A stretch of DNA of 32,000 nucleotides from Promethearchaeota archaeon (GCA_016933055.1 JAFGBS010000036.1:4933-36932), one strand, 5' to 3'. Counted from the stretch's first letter, positions 1 through 8,910 are shown. Numbers and translations are program-made. The notes: generated by a model from the sequence alone, not told the origin.

Positions 1-1691
1 TCCTCTTCTTTTCCTTCATAACTTTCTTCATTGTCTGATATGTATTTTTTTATTGCACGAATGATTTCTTCATGGGAAAAATTAACTGTAGCAAAATCGG
101 GATATGGTAAGTAATAGTTTTCTTCAGGTATGCCCTTATCTTTGAGATTTGCTACTTTACCTGGCAGAGATTCTTTTTTATCCAAATCTAAAACAAGGAA
201 GGATCTCTTGCTAATAACTTTGAAATAGTATTCAATGAAAAGGAAGTCTCTACTTTTACCATTTAAAGGAACTGCGATAACTGGTACTCCAATTATATAA
301 TAAACCATATATAACCATTCTCTTAAGAAAATATAATCTGTTGAGCCTTCTACAAAAATAATTACAGAATTTTTTGGGGTTAATCCGTAATCTAGAAGTA
401 GATTATCGAGGTGTTCATAGAATTCTTCTTCTGTATCAAAATAAAAATTTGGTTTCCAAAAATCTGTTGCTTTTTCTTTTTCTGCAGGAAATTGCAATCC
501 ATTTTTTTCCCAAATTTTCGTAAATGCCTCTAAGTATCGGGATATTTGAATGAGGTTCATGAGGTAATTGAGAAATCCTTTAAGTTTTTTTTTTTTGCTT
601 GGTTTGATGATAGACAATATGTCAACAATTTTCTCTAAACCATCGAAATTTCCGACCAAAAGACATTCTATCTTTTTATAGAGATCTCGAAGAGTCTTTA
701 AGTCATCAGTTGAAAAATCAGAGGATAGAGATTTTAGCTTTTTATCATACCAATTATTATACTCCGAAATCCCATCTTGAACATTTTTATTATCATCCCT
801 TACCCAAGGATCGTATTTCCTCCAACTCATATTAACGCGTGGATTACTTCCTAGAGTGTAAAAAAAAGGACGTGTAAAGGATTCCACTCTAATCCATAAT
901 CTCAAAATATCAGGTTTTAGCCAACAATACTGGACGTAAAATATTTCTCTGAGAAGATTATAATTTTTCGCCGAATCGACTTTCATTTGAATAAATTCTT
1001 CTATGGAATTGTTTTTAGATTTCAATGATTCTTTTATTCGATTTATTACGTAGTCATCAAATCGAAATCTGCGTATCCAATAGAATTTCTCAAAATGACT
1101 CCTATTACTTAATAATGATAAAGAATCACCTCTCATTAGGGTCATAGCTTGAATGAACTGGATTGGATGGTAATAATATCGAGTTTCTTCAATAGAAATT
1201 TTTATATATTTCTCTTCAGTAGTTTCAGATATTTCAGTTTTTTTTTCCTCGGGAACCTCAAGGGTATGCTCAATTTTCTGATGATTCCAAAAATCTGTTT
1301 CAATAAAGTTATTTAATTTACTCTCTTCCGTGGTATCAATATTATAAATTTCCTCCGGAAAATCTATAATTCCAAAATCGTCCATTTTTTTCCATGAATT
1401 TAGAGTAACCCTATTAATCAGAACCTCCTTATCGTTGATACATTGAAGGAATGGATGGTTTTTTGGGAATTTTGCAACACAAAAGGGCTTGATCAATCCA
1501 ATAAAGTTATACCATTCCATTAGTATACAAAAATCCTCAAATCTCTCAAATCCTCTTTTTATTTTCAGTTTTGAATACCATATAAACATATCTTTCAAAT
1601 CTATTAACTCTCGAGCATATATGGGGCAGTAATTTAAATATTCTTCGAAAATCTCTCGATAATTGTTAGATTTGGTTTCAGAATCAGCCAT
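1..1691 (-). CDS. TOPRIM-domain protein (OLD/AriB-like nuclease domain at C-terminus, unrecognised ~430-aa N-terminal region); 3'-truncated by window edge
   Basis: Not in ORF track because it lacks a stop. Manual translation from ATG at 1691 (MADSETKSNNYREIF...) stays open to base 3 (>560 aa). Contains VIIFVEGSTDYIFL and FLVLDLDK, the TOPRIM E...DxD signature. Confidence 0.8.
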   Translation of the reverse strand, partial: MADSETKSNNYREIFEEYLNYCPIYARELIDLKDMFIWYSKLKIKRGFERFEDFCILMEWYNFIGLIKPFCVAKFPKNHPFLQCINDKEVLINRVTLNSWKKMDDFGIIDFPEEIYNIDTTEESKLNNFIETDFWNHQKIEHTLEVPEEKKTEISETTEEKYIKISIEETRYYYHPIQFIQAMTLMRGDSLSLLSNRSHFEKFYWIRRFRFDDYVINRIKESLKSKNNSIEEFIQMKVDSAKNYNLLREIFYVQYCWLKPDILRLWIRVESFTRPFFYTLGSNPRVNMSWRKYDPWVRDDNKNVQDGISEYNNWYDKKLKSLSSDFSTDDLKTLRDLYKKIECLLVGNFDGLEKIVDILSIIKPSKKKKLKGFLNYLMNLIQISRYLEAFTKIWEKNGLQFPAEKEKATDFWKPNFYFDTEEEFYEHLDNLLLDYGLTPKNSVIIFVEGSTDYIFLREWLYMVYYIIGVPVIAVPLNGKSRDFLFIEYYFKVISKRSFLVLDLDKKESLPGKVANLKDKGIPEENYYLPYPDFATVNFSHEEIIRAIKKYISDNEESYEGKEE

Positions 1692-1834
1692 CAATATCCC
1701 TATATGATTCTCTTTAAAAATAATTACTGTATCCCGTTTATAAAGGTTTGAAGTCTAAAGAACTTTCATTATCAGGGGATTAATATTTATTATTTCAAAT
1801 TTGTGACGTGATAGTACGATTTTGATTCTATTTA

Positions 1835-1954
1835 GATTCTGTGGACCCGAACCTTTATCCGTCTCACCTACCCGCATGAACTGTTTAAAACTACGTTGTT
1901 AACTATTCAGACAATACTGTTACCTCTTCTACATGTGTTGAGAGAGGAAAAATG
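1835..1954 (+). repeat. Dispersed non-coding repeat, copy 1 (pairs with 8703-8822)
   Basis: Ungapped manual alignment to 8703-8822 gives 101/120 identities; weaker similarity extends to ~1820 and ~1990. Confidence 0.9.
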
Positions 1955-1994
1955 GATGAAAAATTATTTAAATCACTAGATAGATGTTGACTGG

Positions 1995-2174
1995 TTATAC
2001 TGGATTTGGAGGTGGGTTGGGATCATGCATAATTTCAACCACATCTGATTGAGAACTCTCTTCTTGCTCTCCAAACCACTCATTATCATTGTTTTGAGCA
2101 ATAACTTCGAGTGTGGAAGTTTCTATCGAGTCTGGAGTGTCAATGCTATAAACATGGGATGTTTGTCCACACAT
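1995..2174 (-). CDS. Small acidic, Pro-tailed hypothetical peptide (59 aa) or 3' remnant of a lost gene
   Basis: Manual translation MCGQTSHVYSIDTPDSIETSTLEVIAQNNDNEWFGEQEESSQSDVVEIMHDPNPPPNPV*. The frame stays open ~30 codons further upstream without a start codon. Confidence 0.3.
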   Translation of the reverse strand: MCGQTSHVYSIDTPDSIETSTLEVIAQNNDNEWFGEQEESSQSDVVEIMHDPNPPPNPV

Positions 2175-2440
2175 TATTTCTCTCTTGTTGCAGAAATTTA
2201 TACAATTCTCTTGAAGAACATGATTTAGAAGAAAGAGAACACGAAGAGGATGGGAGGGTGTTCGTCATGAAATTGACAAGATTGGGGTAATCTGTTGCCA
2301 TTTTGTTCGTTTAGGTATTCTTTAAAGATATTTTATTGGAATTTTATCGAAAACGAACAATCAGCACTTAAATTCAACAGTAAAATTATATACGAAATTT
2401 TAGATATACAGAATGAGTTCATTTTATTGAGGAGGTTTTT

Positions 2441-3385
2441 TTGGATAAAAATAATCAAGATTACCTATATTTACGTAAATTAGGATTATCACATGAAGAA
2501 ATCATAAATCGAATAAAACGGTACAGTAATCAGGGATTAACCGAAAGCGATGCATTAAAGACTCTAAAAACAGATGAAGAGAGAATCATTGAAATTCATA
2601 TCGAAATCGAAGGATTAAAAGTTTATTTTCTTAAGGTTCTTGCAGAGATTTTAGAGTTTCAAGTGATCCCAAATTTTCGTCAAGAACCTATTGATCTTGA
2701 ACTCTATGGTATAAACAATCAAAAACTGTATGAAATTAATTCATTACCTGTGTTGTTGGCAGTATTAGAAGAGATTAAAGCAGAAAATGAAAAACGAATA
2801 CCTGCAAAATATCCAGATTGGAATGATTATGGATATTTTCCTTATCATCGAAATCAAGCTATATCCAAATTATTAGAAAGTCGTGATTGGTATGTAGGAA
2901 GGTTAAAAACATATAAAAAACAAGGAATTTCAATAGATTTTCCATTCCAATCAGTAAAACCCACGTTTTTTAAAATTCCTGATAAAATCCAAAATACAAA
3001 CTTAATCTCGGTTATGATGCCTTTCAGAGAAGAATTTGATCCTATTTTTCAGGAAATCATGAAAGTTTGTGAAAACTTATCTATGGAATGCAAACGAGCT
3101 GATCAGATATTCGATAACTATATTGCAATTCAAGATGTGTTTGATTTAATATATCTCGCTCGTTGTATTATTGTGGAACTTACAGGAAAAAATCCGAATG
3201 TATTCTATGAGTTAGGGATTTCTCATGCTTTTGGGAAAAAAGTCATTCCGATTATCCGAAAAAGTGGAGAAAAAATTCCATTCGATGTGCAACATCACAA
3301 GGCTATCGAATATGAGGGTGATAAAATGGATGATTTCCGAGAGAAACTGGATAAACGACTAAAAATCATATTGAGTATTGCTTAG
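2441..3385 (+). CDS. Protein with C-terminal nucleoside 2-deoxyribosyltransferase-like (NDT/TIR-like) domain; putative nucleotide-cleaving defence effector
   Basis: SVMMPF...CKRADQI...IIVELTGKNPNVFYELGISHAFGKKVIPI...IPFDV is the characteristic NDT-like pattern; GAGGAGG SD upstream of the TTG start. Confidence 0.75.
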   Translation: MDKNNQDYLYLRKLGLSHEEIINRIKRYSNQGLTESDALKTLKTDEERIIEIHIEIEGLKVYFLKVLAEILEFQVIPNFRQEPIDLELYGINNQKLYEINSLPVLLAVLEEIKAENEKRIPAKYPDWNDYGYFPYHRNQAISKLLESRDWYVGRLKTYKKQGISIDFPFQSVKPTFFKIPDKIQNTNLISVMMPFREEFDPIFQEIMKVCENLSMECKRADQIFDNYIAIQDVFDLIYLARCIIVELTGKNPNVFYELGISHAFGKKVIPIIRKSGEKIPFDVQHHKAIEYEGDKMDDFREKLDKRLKIILSIA

Positions 3386-3508
3386 TTGAATGAGATTTCA
3401 TTCAAACTATCATAATCTTAATGGAATCGAATTTTACGTGAAAAAGGATTTTCAGGTAATTATTTAAGTCTCAATGTTAAAGGAATTCAATGGTATTATT
3501 ACTTTTTA

Positions 3509-6085
3509 ATGGGTCTAGGGGTAAAGATGAGTACGTTAACCAAAATGGGTGTGGAATTATATAATCTGATCAGCAACGTATTACGTTCTTATTCAAATGA
3601 AATCTCACCTTATGAAGCATTTGTCGATGAAATTGCTCAAAATTTCTTTGATTCTGCTAAAAAATATTATAGGTATTGCGTCAAGGAAAATGTAAAACCA
3701 ATAAATTCATCAATGAAAGTTCTTTTTATCGAAGATTATAATGGAAAACCAGCAATTGTAATTAAACAAACCGGTACAACAGGTATTATCCATAGAAAAG
3801 AATATGTCACATATTCTTTAACTCAAAAGGATAAGGATGAAGACGCTGCAGGAAGTCAAGGAGTTGGCTGGAAAATATGGTTTATGATATGCGATGAAGT
3901 GCATACAGAGACTATAGTCGATGGGAGATATTATCAAACTCTCCAAAGGGTAGAAAATAGAGATATAAAGGTCGCCCATAATGACGATAATTGGAGTACA
4001 TATTTTGAACATTTTCAAGACACATTAATAAGTGAAAATGGAGAAACTTCAATAAAGTTCTTGAATGTGAACAATTCACACGGTTTTAACGAAGATGAAT
4101 CAACAACATATTTTCAAGAATTATGGAAATGTTGTGAAAAAGTAATTCAGGAAAGATATTATTGGGCTCTGAAAAAATATCCTACATTTAGTGTTGATTT
4201 GATTTATACAAATTCAAAAAAAACTCAACCATCTCAGAAAGTCACTATCTCCCTTAATGAATACCCTCCTTTATATCCAGGATTAAATGATTCCGATTGC
4301 AGAACCTCAAATAAATTCATTCGTAACAAGACCAAAAATTACGGTGTGGTCAAAGATATCTTTGTTGGATTTACAAATGAAATTCATTCAAAAATAAATG
4401 ATGGAGTAGCAATTATTGTCAGAGATAGGGTAGTTGAATGGTATAATCCTAGGTCACAATGGGTTGGAACGCCTGGTGCTAATGGAAAATTAATTGGTCA
4501 TGTTTGTTGTGATTTTCTATATAAAAAAGACAATATGACTCATGATAAATTAAATGATATTTTTCCCGAAGTAAAACTGACTAGGCATTTCATAAGAACG
4601 TTGATACAGAAACTATACGTAAAAATAAATGAACTTCATGTTGTTGATGTGCCTAAAGTTTCACACGGAAATACAATTTTAACAACAATAAACAACGCAA
4701 TTGCTGAATTTATTGATAGTGAGGATTTGTTTTCAGAAGCAAAATCAGATATTGACTATGAACCTTTGGGAGAAGAACCATTTAATAAAACTCCTAAACC
4801 TGAGAAATTCATTTATATCAAAGGAATTTTATTAACTGAAAAAATTGAAGATGGAATTCCCCAAAAAATGAATGATACTGATCCATTAACTCCGAGTAAT
4901 GAATATAGCGCGTTAGTGGAAATTTTAAACACAAAAGATGAATGTGAAGCTATTGTCAATTACTCTTCATTTCCAAAATATTTTGAAATTAAAAGAGCGA
5001 TAAAAATATCCCCAGGAACCACTAAGGACATTTTTAAATTCCAGATACCCGAAGATGCAATGAGAGGAGCATTTCATTTAAAAAGTATTGTTAGATCTCA
5101 AGATGAAAAACTATTGGAAAAAAGGATCATTTCAAGAGAAATCCTACCTATAATTTCAAAGGTAGAATTATCTGAAAGAAATTTTGAGAGAGGGAATGAA
5201 TATCAAATTTCCTATAAGGTTTGTAGATCCTCTTTGAGGGGAAACAGAGAATTCTCGTGCAAAATATATGACAATGAAAATTTTGAAATTCATGAAGAAG
5301 GACCTATAACTTTAAAACGGGCTGAAACAGATAAAATTGAATCTTTTTATTTTAAAATTCCCCCTCAAGCACTAAGAGGGAGATATACTTTTGAGTATCA
5401 GGTAAAAAATGGACCAAATATCATACAAAAAGGAAGAGAATACTTCTTTGTGGAGTTATTCATCAATAGAATAAAATCATCAAAACGAATTGTAAAGTAC
5501 AATGAAAAATTTGATATTACCGTCGATCTTGAAAATAAAAGACAGATCCCTGTAGAAGATGCAGAATTAACAATAAGAATTGAAAATTCTAATCATTTTG
5601 AAATGAAAAAAGAATTTACAAACATTTCTATTCAGAAAAATTCAGACTTCGCAATAAAACTTGGAGATTTAGAATTTGATGAAGATTGTGATACAGGAAA
5701 ATATAGTGTTATTGTTGAATTCAAGCTAGAAGATGATTTTGCTCCAGAAGTGAAAACAACAAAAATTTTCCTCGAAACAGAAACTAGTACCAAAGATTCG
5801 AAGGGAGCTCTTAGTCATTTTGATTATAATAAGAGCATTAAAGGATATGAGGATAAAAATCTGGCAGTTTCTGTTGAAGGCACAATAATGATCAATACTT
5901 TTCATTATTTATTTAGGCGAATTGAAACTCCTACTGGGATTGATCTCAATCTATTCAAACAATGCATCATTCAAGCATTATGGTTTGCGTTTCGAGATCA
6001 GATAACAAAGGATAATAGATTTGAAGAAATGTGGGAATTTGAGAAATATATACTAGAGGATAAAAAATTGGGGGAGATTTTATGA
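3509..6085 (+). CDS. GHKL-family (MORC/MutL/Hsp90-like) ATPase with three tandem Ig-like beta-sandwich repeats
   Basis: Bergerat motifs: EIAQNFFD (ExxxNxxD), QTGTTGI (variant G1), AAGSQGVGWK (G2), GETSIKF. Three ~100-aa beta-rich repeats with FxIPxxAxRGxY/F-type corners; C-terminal IMINTFHYLF. True start may be ATG 3527. Confidence 0.75.
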   Translation: MGLGVKMSTLTKMGVELYNLISNVLRSYSNEISPYEAFVDEIAQNFFDSAKKYYRYCVKENVKPINSSMKVLFIEDYNGKPAIVIKQTGTTGIIHRKEYVTYSLTQKDKDEDAAGSQGVGWKIWFMICDEVHTETIVDGRYYQTLQRVENRDIKVAHNDDNWSTYFEHFQDTLISENGETSIKFLNVNNSHGFNEDESTTYFQELWKCCEKVIQERYYWALKKYPTFSVDLIYTNSKKTQPSQKVTISLNEYPPLYPGLNDSDCRTSNKFIRNKTKNYGVVKDIFVGFTNEIHSKINDGVAIIVRDRVVEWYNPRSQWVGTPGANGKLIGHVCCDFLYKKDNMTHDKLNDIFPEVKLTRHFIRTLIQKLYVKINELHVVDVPKVSHGNTILTTINNAIAEFIDSEDLFSEAKSDIDYEPLGEEPFNKTPKPEKFIYIKGILLTEKIEDGIPQKMNDTDPLTPSNEYSALVEILNTKDECEAIVNYSSFPKYFEIKRAIKISPGTTKDIFKFQIPEDAMRGAFHLKSIVRSQDEKLLEKRIISREILPIISKVELSERNFERGNEYQISYKVCRSSLRGNREFSCKIYDNENFEIHEEGPITLKRAETDKIESFYFKIPPQALRGRYTFEYQVKNGPNIIQKGREYFFVELFINRIKSSKRIVKYNEKFDITVDLENKRQIPVEDAELTIRIENSNHFEMKKEFTNISIQKNSDFAIKLGDLEFDEDCDTGKYSVIVEFKLEDDFAPEVKTTKIFLETETSTKDSKGALSHFDYNKSIKGYEDKNLAVSVEGTIMINTFHYLFRRIETPTGIDLNLFKQCIIQALWFAFRDQITKDNRFEEMWEFEKYILEDKKLGEIL

Positions 6086-7740
6086 CAGAGAAATTATTAG
6101 ACACCGATAAAGGAAAACAAGATTATATAGATCCTATTGTAGGTGAAGATCCACTACTAAATACAGAAAAATCAGGTAGAGTATCTCAGATAGCTCAAAA
6201 GTTGCACCAAGCTTTGAATTTCAATGATAATGAATGGATTCAACTTGCGTTAGACTTACTCGTTGGGAAGATGATTATGGATTATAAATATCTAGTTATG
6301 GTAAAATATTCAGAGTATATAGGATTAGGAAAACAGAATATTTTTCTGGTTCATGATATCGGGACACTTGTTAATGATTTTGTGTCAAAACGAGAAATAG
6401 ATTTAGAAAATAAAGAGTTTCGAAAGAGCTCAGGATTTACATTTAATCGAGGAAGTGTGATAAATCATCTAACCTCTCTAATAGATTTTTCGTCCAAAAA
6501 TGAAAAAAAATACAATTTCAATCAAACATATCTTCGAAATTTTTCAACTATTGCATATGAGTTTGACAAAAATGAATTGGATCCTGAAATCCCTGTATAC
6601 ATATATAAAGAATTAGTAGAACGAGTTCCAGTAGATATGTTTGAAACCCCTAATCAAAGAAAAAGGTTTCAAAATAATATATTAGAATTGCGTAGAGAAG
6701 AAACTTTCACAGACAGACACTTGAGGATTATAATAAATTTAGTAAGGGAAGATCCTATAAATAGAGCAAAAATTGAGTACATACGTCGAATTTTGCCTGA
6801 TGTAAAAGAAATTAAAACTTCTATGAGTTTTCCTGATGCTTTAAATTATGTCAAATCTATTGAAAAATCTGGTAAGCAGAAAAAAGAACAAGTACTTCCC
6901 AGTTTGGAACAGAATGGAGTGCTTCGTTTACCACAAGCTAATGATGTTTCAAAATTCATCAAAATTGTCCAAGATGTTTCTCATGGAATAACAAAACCAG
7001 AACAATTAGCCGATAATATAGAAATTTCTGAACGCCAGATACATTATTATAAGGATGCAGCTCAAATTCTAAATTTATTAACAGAGAATGGGAGAAATTA
7101 TACATTCACACTCACCTCTATTGGTCAAAAACTTGCTGAGACTAAAGACGAAAACGAACAGAATGAAATTTTATATCACCAAATAATGAAAACCGAAGTT
7201 ATTAAGCACATTTTCTTAATGTTAAAAGAAAGTCAAGAAGATTATATCCTCGTTGAAGAATACTTGAATGATTTAAAGCATAGGAGTGCTCTATCTGATT
7301 CTACGATCGCAAGAAGAACAGCAGCTATAATAAGCTGGATTAGATGGATTGAAAGTTACAATGAATTATTACGGATTGTCGAAGAAAAAATAATAGTTAA
7401 GAACGAATTCTCTTGGAATTGCGTTAAAAAACAAATTCTTGAAATTATCAATAAATATCGAACAATCAATACACTAGCTAATGGAAAACCAAATATTATC
7501 GAAGTATTTGATGATACAGGATTAATGGTAAAGACTGATCACGACTCAGAAGCAAAAAAAGTTTCATTTAACACAATTAAAGATGTATGGTTCAATTTAG
7601 TAGAATATGGAGAATTAGAACTGGATAATCATGAGCTGACCTCTTATAGAAGTTCGTTTGTTTGCTCTTTATTGTCTCAATTACCAATTGTCAATGTTTT
7701 AAAAGAGGGAAAAATCTCGATAAAATTGGTTGGGATTTAA
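6082..7740 (+). CDS. Multidomain putative DNA-binding protein (winged-helix PQAxD...RQxxYY module typical of restriction-associated proteins)
   Basis: ATGA overlap with the upstream stop. LPQANDVSKFIKIV...SERQIHYYKDAAQILNLL...FTLTSIGQKL resembles wHTH modules fused to restriction enzymes and methylases; no catalytic motif found. Confidence 0.6.
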   Translation: MTEKLLDTDKGKQDYIDPIVGEDPLLNTEKSGRVSQIAQKLHQALNFNDNEWIQLALDLLVGKMIMDYKYLVMVKYSEYIGLGKQNIFLVHDIGTLVNDFVSKREIDLENKEFRKSSGFTFNRGSVINHLTSLIDFSSKNEKKYNFNQTYLRNFSTIAYEFDKNELDPEIPVYIYKELVERVPVDMFETPNQRKRFQNNILELRREETFTDRHLRIIINLVREDPINRAKIEYIRRILPDVKEIKTSMSFPDALNYVKSIEKSGKQKKEQVLPSLEQNGVLRLPQANDVSKFIKIVQDVSHGITKPEQLADNIEISERQIHYYKDAAQILNLLTENGRNYTFTLTSIGQKLAETKDENEQNEILYHQIMKTEVIKHIFLMLKESQEDYILVEEYLNDLKHRSALSDSTIARRTAAIISWIRWIESYNELLRIVEEKIIVKNEFSWNCVKKQILEIINKYRTINTLANGKPNIIEVFDDTGLMVKTDHDSEAKKVSFNTIKDVWFNLVEYGELELDNHELTSYRSSFVCSLLSQLPIVNVLKEGKISIKLVGI

Positions 7741-8432
7741 TGAATTCACATGATGCTATTGCTCGGAAATTTGAGAATTATTTCCAAAACGCACGTATGA
7801 CTTCAAGCTATAAACCTGTGATGTTATTGTCAATTTTGTATCATATTAAACAAAGAAAATCCACGTATCTTCCTTCTGCGAATATTTATTTTATTTCATT
7901 GAATGATATCGCACTATTTTTTCTGAAATTCTATTTTTATACGCTTAAGTATTATGATCTTAACCATTTGACCAATAAAAATAACAAAATTGGGATTTAC
8001 AGAATAATTGAGAAATATTTCCGTGATTTCAATACATTCCCAGAGTACTTAAATCATAAAATTATCACAAAAACAATCAACCAATTATTTCGAAATGTTA
8101 TCTTCTTGCTACTGAATGATATATATTTATATGATTTTTACGATGAGCAATTTCAAGAATTTCGATTACCTCACGAGTTTATTGGTAAAGATGATTTTCG
8201 AGTTGTTATCAAAAATAAAAAAATTCGAGTCGAAGAAATTAAGTACTTAGGAATTAAAGAATCAGCATACCTTTATCTTAGTTTAAATTATACGAATCTT
8301 AAAAAGAAGATAAACCTAAATTTGATTCAATTTCTAAAAAAAGTAAATTACTCTTTTGATTCCTTTGATGAAATAGATAGATTTTATGATAATTTATCAA
8401 ATTTGAAAAATATGATGTCAGATTCTAATTAG
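7740..8432 (+). CDS. SBD-like (SYKxxLLxxI) winged-helix reader-domain protein lacking the usual C-terminal HNH nuclease
   Basis: TAATG overlap gives start at 7740 (track extends to 7662). TSSYKPVMLLSIL...ISLNDIALFFLKFY matches the N-terminal domain of many HNH restriction proteins; no CxxC/HNH motif before the stop. Confidence 0.55.
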   Translation: MNSHDAIARKFENYFQNARMTSSYKPVMLLSILYHIKQRKSTYLPSANIYFISLNDIALFFLKFYFYTLKYYDLNHLTNKNNKIGIYRIIEKYFRDFNTFPEYLNHKIITKTINQLFRNVIFLLLNDIYLYDFYDEQFQEFRLPHEFIGKDDFRVVIKNKKIRVEEIKYLGIKESAYLYLSLNYTNLKKKINLNLIQFLKKVNYSFDSFDEIDRFYDNLSNLKNMMSDSN

Positions 8433-8702
8433 CTCAGAAATTCTATTTCTAAAGATATGGTAATTTGTCGTCTTGGACTCTCTGGAAAGAATGGAAACTA
8501 CCGAAAAAGTATTTTTTCAAATTAGGATTAATTCGGTAGAATTTGCTAAAAATATGAATATAATCTTGGAACAGCACTATCGAAATTTTTTATTGTATTT
8601 TAAATCAGTAAAAATGTAAAATGCAAAGTCCAAAGTGTAAACAATAGGAATTGCTATTGGTCCACATCTTTAATGTGATAACATATTTTTGATTCCATTT
8701 TT

Positions 8703-8822
8703 GGTTCTGTGGATACGAGCCTTTATCCGTGCCACCTACCCGCACGAACCGTTTAACACTATATTGTTACCTATTCGGACTATACTGTTACCTCTTTAAC
8801 ATGTGTCAAGTGAGGAAAAATG
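8703..8822 (+). repeat. Dispersed non-coding repeat, copy 2 (pairs with 1835-1954)
   Basis: 101/120 identity to copy 1; ends in GAGG-AAAAATG; weaker similarity extends to ~8687 and ~8848. Confidence 0.9.
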
Positions 8823-8910
8823 ATTTATATCACACGACAGATATTGATAAATAGTGTTTAACCAAATTTCTATTTTTATTTTTTGTGTGTAATGATTATG
8901 GCATCACAAA

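Noticed and set aside
585-596. 12-nt poly(T) tract (poly-Lys) in the TOPRIM gene as a phase-variation switch
   Set aside because: The frame is intact and homopolymers are common in this AT-rich DNA; no supporting evidence.
1843-1853. GGTTCGGGTCC on the minus strand resembling a tRNA T-loop
   Set aside because: Only 2-bp flanking stem, no acceptor, D or anticodon arms; copy 2 reads GGCTCGTATCC.
1865-1890. TACCCGCATGAAC resemblance to the TPP riboswitch; GAGCC/ACGGTTC resemblance to group II intron domain V
   Set aside because: No CUGAGA or CCUGAU...GCGUAGG TPP core; the domain V words are in the wrong orientation to pair.
2295-2483. 62-aa track ORF
   Set aside because: Low-complexity AT-rich, overlaps the SD and start of 2441-3385.
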